Shown here: positions 54,509 through 63,096 of the stretch, piece by piece
How positions within the stretch are numbered: the stretch's first letter is position 1
Layout of the letters: every line of letters begins with the position of its first letter
Assembly: GCA_022563395.1 (NCBI GenBank)
Contig: JADFNM010000001.1
Span: forward strand, 83,891 to 147,890
Length of the DNA stretch: 64,000 nucleotides
Source of the DNA: Patescibacteria group bacterium
GTDB taxonomy: Bacteria; Patescibacteriota; Minisyncoccia; Minisyncoccales; UBA10102
Direction: 5' to 3'
Position numbers and translations under genes: made by a program
The notes under the pieces: model-generated
The model's input: only the letters and a program-made list of their open reading frames with translations
Told to the model about the DNA's origin: nothing
The model's database searches: none

Positions 54509-54520
54509 ATTTCAATGGTT

Positions 54521-54566
54521 CCTAAATGAAATTAAGGATGCCTTAATCTCATTTAGGAGATATGCG
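54521..54566 (+). repeat. Intergenic repeat: palindrome A + tail
   Basis: CCTAAATGAAATTAAGGATGCCTTAATCTCATTTAGG at 54521-54557, AGATATGCG at 54558-54566. Confidence 0.85.
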
Positions 54567-54595
54567 GTTCTCATATTTTTGTGGATAACTTCCTC

Positions 54596-54624
54596 TTGAT
54601 TTTAAAGGGATTTTAAGGTAAAAT
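54596..54624 (+). promoter_or_regulatory. Promoter TTGATT-17-TAAAAT, 6 nt before pheS ATG
   Basis: Hexamers at 54596-54601 and 54619-54624. Confidence 0.55.
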
Positions 54625-54630
54625 TAAGCC

Positions 54631-55677
54631 ATGGTACATAGCCTCAAAGCCCTGGAAATAACGGCAAAAAAAGACATCAACAAGGCTAAAACCCTCAAAG
54701 CATTAGATGGGGTTTTTCGTGTGTATTTAGGTAAAAAAGGCGAGCTCACCCAGTTGTTAAAATCCCTTGCAAAGCTCAAGGTAACACAAAGAAAAAAACA
54801 GGGGAAAGCAGCTAACGCGCTAAAAGAAAAGATTCAAAAGTTGGTTCAGAACAAAACACAGGAATTACAAAAGAAAGAAGCTTCTGTTGTTGAACAAGGA
54901 GAGTGGCTGGACATTACAATGCCAGGGAGAAAGATTGAGCAAGGCCATGTGCATCCTTTAACGCAAGTGCACAGAAAAGCGCAGGAGATCTTTCGTTCTA
55001 TGGGTTTTGCGGTGGCCGAAGGACCAGAAGTTGAAAGCGAATGGTATAATTTTGATGCTTTGAATATGCCTCCTGACCACCCAGCAAGAGAAATGTGGGA
55101 TACCTTCTGGTTAAAACAAAAGGAGCGCTCAAAAAACACCAAGGAAAACTTTCTTTTGAGAACCCATACCAGCCCGGTACAGATTAGGTATATGCAGCAG
55201 CATAACCCACCCTTGCGCATTATTGCACCAGGTCGTGTGTTCCGTTATGAGGCGACAGACGCAAGGCATCAGATTAACTTTTACCAACTGGAAGGGCTTA
55301 TGGTGGGAAAAGATGTTTCGGTAGCCAATTTCCGTGCCATGATCCAAGAATTTTACCAAAAGTTCTTTGGAAAAAAGATTACGGTCAGGCTCCGCCCCAG
55401 CTATTTTCCCTTTACCGAGCCCTCTTTTGAAGTAGATATGACCTGTGTGGTGTGTATAGGAAAGGGATGCAGTTCTTGCGGCCACGGTGGATTCATGGAA
55501 ATGATGGGGGCTGGTATGGTGCATCCCAACGTATTCAAGGCAGCAGGATACAACCCCAAAAACTGGCAGGGTTTTGCCTTTGGCATGGGGATAGATAGGT
55601 TGGCAATGATGAAATACAAGGTGGAGGATATTCGCCTCTTTTATACCAAAGATCTAAGATTCCTCCAGCAATTCTAG
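54631..55677 (+). CDS. pheS: Phenylalanine--tRNA ligase alpha subunit
   Basis: HPLTQV..., class II motifs (FRYE...R, GxGxGxxR: GFAFGMGIDRL). Confidence 0.94.
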   Translation: MVHSLKALEITAKKDINKAKTLKALDGVFRVYLGKKGELTQLLKSLAKLKVTQRKKQGKAANALKEKIQKLVQNKTQELQKKEASVVEQGEWLDITMPGRKIEQGHVHPLTQVHRKAQEIFRSMGFAVAEGPEVESEWYNFDALNMPPDHPAREMWDTFWLKQKERSKNTKENFLLRTHTSPVQIRYMQQHNPPLRIIAPGRVFRYEATDARHQINFYQLEGLMVGKDVSVANFRAMIQEFYQKFFGKKITVRLRPSYFPFTEPSFEVDMTCVVCIGKGCSSCGHGGFMEMMGAGMVHPNVFKAAGYNPKNWQGFAFGMGIDRLAMMKYKVEDIRLFYTKDLRFLQQF

Positions 55678-55678
55678 C

Positions 55679-57733
55679 ATGTTGTTTTCTGTAAACTGGC
55701 TCAAAGAACATATTCAAGGGCAACTTCCTGCCCCAGACAAACTGGAGCAGCTTTTGAATATGCATATTTTTGAGGTGGAAGGAAAGGAGCAAAAGAAAGG
55801 AGACTGGATATTTGATGTTGCTGTATTTACACACCGAGGAGATGCAGTTTCGCACCGCGGTTTAGCGCGTGAACTTGCGGCTCTCTTAGGCCGCCAGATG
55901 AAAAAGCTTCCTTTAAAACCCTTGAAAAAAGAAAGGGGGAGTTTGGCTCCTCTTAAAATAAAGGTTCAATCTCGCGCGGTATATCGATATTCTGCTTTGG
56001 TTTTTGAAGGGATTCGTATCAGCAAATCCCCTCAATGGCTTAGGGACCGCCTGGAATTACTGGGTATCAACTCCATTAATAATATAGTGGATGTCACCAA
56101 CTATGTCATGGCAGAGCTTGGCCAGCCCCTCCATGCTTTTGACTATGACACGCTGCGAGGTCACCAGATGATTGTTCGAGAAGCCAAAGAGGGAGAGAAG
56201 ATAGAGACCTTAGATGACCTTACCTTTACACTTTCCAAGGGAACCTTGGTTATTGAGGACAAAAATCGCTTAATTGATTTAGCTGGGATTAAAGGGGGAA
56301 AGTACAGCGGCATTAAGCGCAATACCAGGAATGTGGTACTCCAAGCAGCATCTTTTTCTGGAAAGCGCATCTACAAGACCAAAAAGCAGCTTGGGTACAC
56401 CACACCGGCAGCAGATATCTATATCCACGAACTGGATCCTAATGGCACGGTAGAGGCCTTAGAGCGTGCTGTAGAGCTTCTAAGCAAGTTAGGGAAGGTA
56501 AAGATTGTGCAGATGGTGGACGTATACCCTGAAAAGAGGATAGCAAAGAAACTCTTGTTTGACCCGACTTTATTAAAGCAATACCTTGGGGTCTCACTGC
56601 CAAAGACTGTTGTCACACAGATTTTGAAGCGCCTGGGATTTAAGGTGAAAAATCAAAGGAACAAATGGGAAGTCACCGTTCCCACATTTCGCCAGGATAT
56701 TACTTTGCCGGTAGACCTAATAGAAGAGGTGGCGCGTATGTACGGGTATGAAAAGATTGCCCCTGTCTTTCCCGTAACCTCGCTCTTGCCTTCAGTTGAA
56801 AATCCCGTTGTGCGCTTTAAAGAATGGGTACAGAACGCCTTGGTAGAGGCAGGGTTTACGGAAACATACAACTACTCTTTTATCGGGGAAAAAGACCTTG
56901 AAACATTTCAGTATGTTGCGAAAGATAGAGCAGCTCTGGTTGGGCTTCAAAACCCTTATAGTGAGGAGTACAAATACTTGCGCCAAAACCTCATAGAAAA
57001 CCTCTTGAAGGTAGCCGGAGAAAACACAAGACGTCTTGTGGGCAAAGACATTCGGGTATTTGAGCTGGGAAAGGCATTCCAAAACATAAAAGGAAAGATT
57101 GTAGAATGGCATCTTGCAACCGGTGTTCTTGCCCTATCAGAAATGAATGACCAGGTAGCATTCGCTGAAGCAAAAGGTGTGGTAGATTTTGTATTGAGCC
57201 GCCTTGGAATTGCAGGCTCTTGGTATGACAGCTTTGCCGCAACCCCATTGCACTCTCGAACCTCGCTATGGCATGAAAAGAAGGGGGCTGAAATAAAGGT
57301 TGGGCAAAAGAAGATTGGGTTTCTTGGTATTGTCGCCCCTAAAATTACAGCAAACCTGAAGCTCAAGGGAAGCTGCGCTGTTTTTTCCCTTAATATAGAA
57401 GAACTCTTGCCCTTGTTTGCGAAAGAACGTCAGTATCAAGCAATTCCTCGTTTTCCTGCGGTCTTGCGTGATCTTGCAATATTGGTTCCCCGCAGAACCA
57501 AGATAGTTGACGTCATGAATATTATGCATACTGCGGGAGCCGAGCTCCTTGAAGATATCGATCTTTTTGATATGTATGAGGGCGAGCATATCCCTGAAGG
57601 ACAAAAAAGCCTTGCCTTCCACTTAATCTACCAATCTCAACATCGAACCCTTACTGCAAAGGAGGCAGATAGCGTGCACCAAGAAATCATTTCAACCCTG
57701 GAAAAGAATCCCGCATGGGAAGTACGAAAGTAA
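55679..57733 (+). CDS. pheT: Phenylalanine--tRNA ligase beta subunit (684 aa, compact)
   Basis: It follows pheS. B3/4 and B5 region motifs and a C-terminal FDX-ACB-like end. Confidence 0.9.
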   Translation: MLFSVNWLKEHIQGQLPAPDKLEQLLNMHIFEVEGKEQKKGDWIFDVAVFTHRGDAVSHRGLARELAALLGRQMKKLPLKPLKKERGSLAPLKIKVQSRAVYRYSALVFEGIRISKSPQWLRDRLELLGINSINNIVDVTNYVMAELGQPLHAFDYDTLRGHQMIVREAKEGEKIETLDDLTFTLSKGTLVIEDKNRLIDLAGIKGGKYSGIKRNTRNVVLQAASFSGKRIYKTKKQLGYTTPAADIYIHELDPNGTVEALERAVELLSKLGKVKIVQMVDVYPEKRIAKKLLFDPTLLKQYLGVSLPKTVVTQILKRLGFKVKNQRNKWEVTVPTFRQDITLPVDLIEEVARMYGYEKIAPVFPVTSLLPSVENPVVRFKEWVQNALVEAGFTETYNYSFIGEKDLETFQYVAKDRAALVGLQNPYSEEYKYLRQNLIENLLKVAGENTRRLVGKDIRVFELGKAFQNIKGKIVEWHLATGVLALSEMNDQVAFAEAKGVVDFVLSRLGIAGSWYDSFAATPLHSRTSLWHEKKGAEIKVGQKKIGFLGIVAPKITANLKLKGSCAVFSLNIEELLPLFAKERQYQAIPRFPAVLRDLAILVPRRTKIVDVMNIMHTAGAELLEDIDLFDMYEGEHIPEGQKSLAFHLIYQSQHRTLTAKEADSVHQEIISTLEKNPAWEVRK

Positions 57734-57735
57734 GT

Positions 57736-59664
57736 ATGGCAAAAAAACAAACTAAACAATCTGAATACGAAGCAAAGGACATCGTGGTTCTGGAGGGTTT
57801 AGATCCCGTCAGAAAACGTCCTGCAATGTACATTGGCTCCACAGGTCTTGATGGACTGCACCATTTGGTGTGGGAGGTGTTGGATAACAGCATTGATGAA
57901 GCCATGGCAGGATATGCAAAAAACATTGAGATTTCCTTGCTTCCCCAAAACCGGGTACAAGTTATTGATGACGGACGGGGCATCCCCGTTGAAAAACACC
58001 CCCAAACCAAGAAATCCACCCTAGAAACCGTCATGACCATTCTGCATGCAGGGGCAAAGTTTGGGAGCAAAGCATATCAGGTTTCAGGAGGTTTACACGG
58101 AGTAGGGGTTTCTGTGGTGAACGCCCTTTCTACCTATTTGAAAGCCGAGGTATGCAGGGACGGCATCCACTACCAGCAGGAATATTCCAAAGGAAAACCA
58201 AAGAGTCAAGTTAAGAAAGTGGGCAAGTGCAGAGGGTCTGGAACCAAGATTCTTTTTGAGCCAGATAGTGAGGTTTTCAAAGAAATTAAGTTTGATACAA
58301 AACGCATTATTAATCATTTGCGGCAACAGGCCTACCTTACCTCAGCTACCAAGATCACCCTTATAGACTTAAGAGAGAAGGAAAAGGAGTCTTATTCCTT
58401 TTACTTTGAGGGGGGGGTGGCTTCCTATGTTCTGTATCTTGTCAAAGATAGAACTCCAAAACATGACACTGTTTTTTACGTGAAGGGCGAGAAAGAAGGA
58501 ATATTGGTAGAGATTGCGTTCCAATACACAGAAGAGTTTGAGATTATGGAAGAAAGTTTTGCCAATAACATCTATACCCCGGAAGGCGGAACCCATCTCA
58601 CCGGTTTTCGATCTGCCCTGACAAGAACCTTAAACGAATATGCAAAGAAGAACAATTTTCTAAAAGGAGAGGAATCTCTTACCGGAGAGGATGTGCGGGA
58701 GGGAATGACTGCGGTGATTTCAGTGAAAATCCATGATCCTCAGTTTGAGGGACAGACCAAGGCAAAACTGGGAAACCCCGAGGCAAAGAACGTGGTGGAA
58801 AGCATTACGGCAGAGGCCTTGACCGATTATCTGGAACGCAACCCCCTAGATGGGCGAGCCATCATTGAAAAATGCATTCTTTCTTCCAAAGCCAGAAAGG
58901 CAGCTAAGGCAGCTCGCCAGATCGTGTTGAGAAAAGGAATACTGGAAGGATTGGCACTGCCAGGAAAGCTTGCTGACTGTGCTTCAAGAGATCCAGAAGA
59001 GTCAGAACTCTACATTGTAGAAGGGGAGTCAGCCGGGGGTTCTACCAAGCAGGCACGAAACCGAAGATTTCAGGCAGTATTGCCCCTGCGAGGCAAAATC
59101 TTGAATGTAGAGCGCGCAAGGCTAGACAAGATATTGACTTCAAAAGAAATTCGCGCATTGGTGATTGCCTTGGGAACTGCCATTGCAGAGGATTTTGACA
59201 TTGACAAGATTCGCTATCAACGCATCATTATCATGACCGATGCTGACGTAGATGGTTCTCACATTAGAGCTTTGCTCTTAACTTTGTTCTACCGATACTT
59301 TCGTCCCATAATTGAGCGAGGATATTTATACATTGCCCAACCTCCTTTATATAGAATACAACAGGGAAAGAATGTGCAGTATGCCTTTTCTGACCAAGAG
59401 CGGGATAAAATCGTCTCCAAGCTTAAAGCACAAAAGGGAGCCCCAGCAATGAATATACAGCGATACAAGGGGTTGGGTGAAATGAATCCCGAACAGCTAT
59501 GGGAAACCACCATGAACCCTGAACGTCGTGTCCTCTTGCAGGTCACCGTGGATAACGCCAGGGAGGCAGACAAGATCTTTGACGTGCTTATGGGAGACGA
59601 GGTTGCTCCAAGAAAGAAGTTTATCCAGACCTATGCAAAGTCCGTGAAGAATCTTGACATTTAG
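57736..59664 (+). CDS. gyrB: DNA gyrase subunit B
   Basis: LEGLDPVRKRPAMYIGST, GLHHLVWEVLDNSIDE, EGESAGGS, PLRGKILNVE, IMTDADVDGSHI. Confidence 0.96.
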   Translation: MAKKQTKQSEYEAKDIVVLEGLDPVRKRPAMYIGSTGLDGLHHLVWEVLDNSIDEAMAGYAKNIEISLLPQNRVQVIDDGRGIPVEKHPQTKKSTLETVMTILHAGAKFGSKAYQVSGGLHGVGVSVVNALSTYLKAEVCRDGIHYQQEYSKGKPKSQVKKVGKCRGSGTKILFEPDSEVFKEIKFDTKRIINHLRQQAYLTSATKITLIDLREKEKESYSFYFEGGVASYVLYLVKDRTPKHDTVFYVKGEKEGILVEIAFQYTEEFEIMEESFANNIYTPEGGTHLTGFRSALTRTLNEYAKKNNFLKGEESLTGEDVREGMTAVISVKIHDPQFEGQTKAKLGNPEAKNVVESITAEALTDYLERNPLDGRAIIEKCILSSKARKAAKAARQIVLRKGILEGLALPGKLADCASRDPEESELYIVEGESAGGSTKQARNRRFQAVLPLRGKILNVERARLDKILTSKEIRALVIALGTAIAEDFDIDKIRYQRIIIMTDADVDGSHIRALLLTLFYRYFRPIIERGYLYIAQPPLYRIQQGKNVQYAFSDQERDKIVSKLKAQKGAPAMNIQRYKGLGEMNPEQLWETTMNPERRVLLQVTVDNAREADKIFDVLMGDEVAPRKKFIQTYAKSVKNLDI

Positions 59665-59682
59665 TATAGTTATAGGTATAGT
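59654..59682 (+). promoter_or_regulatory. Promoter TTGACA-17-TATAGT upstream of secE (overlaps gyrB end)
   Basis: Hexamers at 59654-59659 and 59677-59682. The ATG lies 15 nt downstream. Confidence 0.5.
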
Positions 59683-59697
59683 TTAAAACCCAAAGCA

Positions 59698-59892
59698 ATG
59701 CAAAATCCGCTTTCAAAACTTGGAACATTCCTCAAGGAATCTCATGGAGAGGCGAAAAAGGTAAACTGGCCCACTAAACAGCGTACCCTGCAAAACACTA
59801 TTTTGGTGATTATATTTTCGGTTGTTGTGGCTATATTCTTAAATACGTTTGACCTTTTGTTTAGTAATCTGCTAGAAAGGTTCATTTTGTAA
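59698..59892 (+). CDS. secE: Preprotein translocase subunit SecE
   Basis: 64 aa, KKVNWPTKQ plus a single TM helix; precedes nusG. Confidence 0.85.
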   Translation: MQNPLSKLGTFLKESHGEAKKVNWPTKQRTLQNTILVIIFSVVVAIFLNTFDLLFSNLLERFIL

Positions 59893-60437
59893 TGCCAAAA
59901 CAGCAAACAATACAAGAGCGAAATTGGTATGTTATTCACACGTACTCTGGATATGAAGACGCCGTAGCTCGTTCTCTCAAGCAAAGGATTGAATCTCTTA
60001 GCATGGAGGACAAGATATTTCAGATATTGGTTCCAAAGGAAAAAAAGATTAAGATAAAGTCAGGAAGGCGCCGAACCGTAGAAGAGAAAATCTATCCTGG
60101 ATATGTGCTGGTAGAGATGATTGTGACCGATGACTCGTGGTATGTGGTTAGAAATACCCCCAACGTTACCGGGTTCGTGGGAGCTGGAACCACCCCCATT
60201 CCCGTTTCTAAAGAGGAGATTGACTACTTAAAAGAACGCATGGGTCAAGAATCCCCACAGTACGACATTAGTGTGGCAGAGGGAGATGCGGTAAAGATTA
60301 TTGATGGCCCTTTTAAGGATTTTGACGGTAAGGTTTCAGAGATTGACCAAGAGCGGGGAAAGATAAAAGTGCTGGTAAATATGTTTGGTCGCGATACCCC
60401 CGTAGAGCTGGATTCGCTTCAGATACAGAAGTTATAA
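59892..60437 (+). CDS. nusG: Transcription termination/antitermination factor NusG
   Basis: WYVIHTYSGYE (NGN) and a KOW motif (GDAVKIIDGPFKDFDGKV). Confidence 0.94.
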   Translation: MPKQQTIQERNWYVIHTYSGYEDAVARSLKQRIESLSMEDKIFQILVPKEKKIKIKSGRRRTVEEKIYPGYVLVEMIVTDDSWYVVRNTPNVTGFVGAGTTPIPVSKEEIDYLKERMGQESPQYDISVAEGDAVKIIDGPFKDFDGKVSEIDQERGKIKVLVNMFGRDTPVELDSLQIQKL

Positions 60438-60454
60438 TTATATTTATTGGGTTT

Positions 60455-60880
60455 ATGGCAAAAAAAATAAAGGCGCAAATAAAGTTACACATTAAGGCAG
60501 GGGAGGCGACTCCCGCTCCTCCTGTTGGTCCGACGCTGGCCCCTCATGGACTGAACATAGGGGAGTTTTGCCAGAAGTTTAACGATGCTACCCGTGAAAT
60601 GAAGGGATTCAAGATCCCAGTAGATATTGTAATTTACGGAGACCGGAGCTATGACTTTACAGTCCACCAACCTCAAGCCTCAGAGCTTTTAAAACGTGCT
60701 GCAGGTATTGAGAAAGGATCTGGTCAACCCAATAAACTGAAAGTTGCAAAGATAAGTAAGACGCAACTGGAAGAGATTGCAAAACAGAAAATGCCGGATC
60801 TCAACACAGACAATCTTGAATCTGCCGTAAAAACTATTGAAGGAACCGCAAAAAGCTTAGGCATAGAAATAATCTCATAG
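60455..60880 (+). CDS. rplK: 50S ribosomal protein L11
   Basis: IKLHIKAGEATPAPPVGPTLAPHGLNI... Confidence 0.95.
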   Translation: MAKKIKAQIKLHIKAGEATPAPPVGPTLAPHGLNIGEFCQKFNDATREMKGFKIPVDIVIYGDRSYDFTVHQPQASELLKRAAGIEKGSGQPNKLKVAKISKTQLEEIAKQKMPDLNTDNLESAVKTIEGTAKSLGIEIIS

Positions 60881-60888
60881 TACGCATT

Positions 60889-61467
60889 ATGATACTGTCT
60901 GACCGAGACATTAAAAAGTCCATCCAGGAAGGGAAAATCATTATGTCCCCAGCCCCCAACTATGAAGAGCAGCTGGGGCCTTGTTCTTTGGACCTTCATT
61001 TAGGTAACGTCATGAAGGTATTTAAGACCACCTCCTATCCTTATCTGGACTTAAAGCGGGAAATCAATTTTGAAGAGTTGATGGATGAAATCACGGTAAA
61101 AGAGGGGGATCCCTTTGTGTTGCAGCCGGGAGCCTTTGCCCTGGCAATAACCAGAGAGGAGTTTACTCTCCCAGACGACATCATGGGGCGCTTGGACGGC
61201 AGGAGTTCCCTTGGACGCCTTGGCATTGTGGTGCATTCCACCGCAGCCCGTTTTGACCCAGGGTGGTCAGGAAAAGCTGTCATGGAATTGGGAAACCTTG
61301 GGCCAAGTCCGGTCATCTTGTATGAGGGCATGAGAATTTGCGCCTTAACCTTTGAAACGTTAACCTCTCCTGTTGAGGAATCCTACGCCAAAAGCAGCAA
61401 GCGAAAATACTCGCACCAACAAAAACCCCAGGCAAGCAAGATAAACAAAGAATTTAGCGAAAGTTAG
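60889..61467 (+). CDS. dcd: dCTP deaminase
   Basis: MILSDRDIKK...CSLDLHLG...GRLDGRSSLGRLGI. Confidence 0.88.
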   Translation: MILSDRDIKKSIQEGKIIMSPAPNYEEQLGPCSLDLHLGNVMKVFKTTSYPYLDLKREINFEELMDEITVKEGDPFVLQPGAFALAITREEFTLPDDIMGRLDGRSSLGRLGIVVHSTAARFDPGWSGKAVMELGNLGPSPVILYEGMRICALTFETLTSPVEESYAKSSKRKYSHQQKPQASKINKEFSES

Positions 61468-62420
61468 GTCGACTTTTTGACCTCCTCCTTTTCATACAGT
61501 CCTCCTGCCACCGTGAGTTCTCCCTTGATGGCAGGGTAGGGATCGTAGTTTTCCAATGATACAAGATCTGGATGGAAATCATCCAGCTCTTTTATTTTAG
61601 GATCCAATATAACGTGCGGGAAAGGTCTTGGTTCTCTTTTTAGTTGTTCTTTGACCTGTTCAACATGATTCTCATAAATGTGGGCATCTCCAAAAGTATG
61701 TATAAATTCACCAGGTTTCACCCCCAGGATTTGGGCTAATACTTTTGTAAGCAAAGCATAGCTTGCAATATTAAATGGGACTCCTAAAAAGAGATCAGCT
61801 GATCTCTGATAGAGTTGAAGATAGAGTTTCCCACCTTTCAAGGATATTTGATACATATTGTGGCAAATAGGAAAACGGGAAGCATCCTCTTCTTGCGCCA
61901 TTGTATAGAGGTATTCGGGGTTCCATGAGGTAACAATGGCATTCCGAGCAAAGGGGTCTTCTTTAAGCTCATCTACAATCCATTGAAGTTGGTCTATAGT
62001 ATCGCCTCGTTTGGTGGGCCATTTTCTCCACATCTCCCCATATATTCGAGGAAGTTCTCCATGTTCTTTCGCAAATTCTTGGTCCTGTGCGATTTTGGCG
62101 ATGAATTCTTCTTTGGAAAGTTCTGGAACACCCTGTTTTTGGGAGTAAATCTTGTAGGGATAATCATCCCAGATATGAACATTGTTGTCTACTAAGTATT
62201 TAATGTTGGTTTGGCCAGTCAAGAACCAATAAAGCTCATGGAGAACCCCTTTCCAGTACACTTTCTTAGTGGTTAAAAGAGGAAATCCCTCTGTAAGGTC
62301 ATAGCGGATTTGCCTGCCAAACACACTCCAGGATTTGGCTCCAGTACCCCTGTCTACGTTTTCTGTGCCTTTCTCAAGGACCTCTTTGAGCAAGTTGAGA
62401 TATTGGTATTCCGGATGCAT
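61464..62420 (-). CDS. thyA: Thymidylate synthase (ThyA)
   Basis: YLNLLKEVLEKG...DRTG-like, LPICHNMYQ (catalytic Cys), DAHIYENH. I chose the ATG at 62420 because TATAGT lies 6 nt upstream. Confidence 0.92.
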   Translation of the reverse strand: MHPEYQYLNLLKEVLEKGTENVDRGTGAKSWSVFGRQIRYDLTEGFPLLTTKKVYWKGVLHELYWFLTGQTNIKYLVDNNVHIWDDYPYKIYSQKQGVPELSKEEFIAKIAQDQEFAKEHGELPRIYGEMWRKWPTKRGDTIDQLQWIVDELKEDPFARNAIVTSWNPEYLYTMAQEEDASRFPICHNMYQISLKGGKLYLQLYQRSADLFLGVPFNIASYALLTKVLAQILGVKPGEFIHTFGDAHIYENHVEQVKEQLKREPRPFPHVILDPKIKELDDFHPDLVSLENYDPYPAIKGELTVAGGLYEKEEVKKST

Positions 62421-62426
62421 TATGAT

Positions 62427-62456
62427 ACTATAGCAGAGACAAATAATGCGGGTCAA
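62427..62456 (-). promoter_or_regulatory. thyA promoter TTGACC-18-TATAGT, 6 nt before ATG (minus strand)
   Basis: -35 at 62451-62456 abuts the repeat tail; -10 at 62427-62432. Confidence 0.5.
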
Positions 62457-62498
62457 TATCTCCTAAATGAAATTAAGAAATCCTAAATTTCGTTTAAG
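62456..62498. repeat. Intergenic repeat units in the divergent thyA/folA spacer
   Basis: ATATCT+CCTAAATGAAATTAAG at 62456-62477 is the tail plus half-A in reverse, facing thyA. CCTAAATTTCGTTTAAG at 62482-62498 faces folA. Confidence 0.75.
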
Positions 62499-62507
62499 CA
62501 ACCAACA

Positions 62508-63029
62508 ATGACAACTTTTATTATAGCAGCCCTTACTGCAGATGGCTTTATTGGGAAAGATTCTACCCACTCGCCCTTAACTTGGAGGAGCGAGGGTGAT
62601 AGGAAGTTTTTTATTGAGCGTACCAAACAAGCTGGTCTCGCCATTATGGGATTGAACACGGCAAAAACGTCAAAACGACCCCTTCCAGGTCGCCGCAATA
62701 TTATTTATGCTGACAACAAAGATCAGTTGCTTCACTGGCAAGAATATGGAGAGTGGGAAATAACCCAGGATAACCCAAAAGAGTTGCTTTCTCGTCTTAA
62801 AAAAGATGGACACAAAGAAATTGCCATCTGCGGAGGAGCTACCATCTACACCATGTTCATGGAACAGAACCTCGTGGATAAACTCTATTTGAGCATTGAG
62901 CCAGTGTTATTCGGAAAAGGCATTACCCTGTTTAACAAAGAATTAGATACAAAGCTTCAACTTAAAAACGTATCAAAATTAGGCGAGCAGACAATTTTAC
63001 TAGAATATAACGTGCTAAAACTTCGTTAA
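62508..63029 (+). CDS. folA: Dihydrofolate reductase-family protein
   Basis: IIAALTADGFIG..., GGATIY; 173 aa; divergent from thyA. Confidence 0.75.
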   Translation: MTTFIIAALTADGFIGKDSTHSPLTWRSEGDRKFFIERTKQAGLAIMGLNTAKTSKRPLPGRRNIIYADNKDQLLHWQEYGEWEITQDNPKELLSRLKKDGHKEIAICGGATIYTMFMEQNLVDKLYLSIEPVLFGKGITLFNKELDTKLQLKNVSKLGEQTILLEYNVLKLR

Positions 63030-63038
63030 ACGAATTCT

Positions 63039-63081
63039 GCTTAAATCTTGTTTAGGTGCGGATAACTAAATGAGATTTAAG
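63039..63081 (+). repeat. Two X2-type hairpin units
   Basis: GCTTAAATCTTGTTTAGG at 63039-63056 and CTAAATGAGATTTAAG at 63066-63081. Confidence 0.7.
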
Positions 63082-63096
63082 TAAAAAGGAATATCT

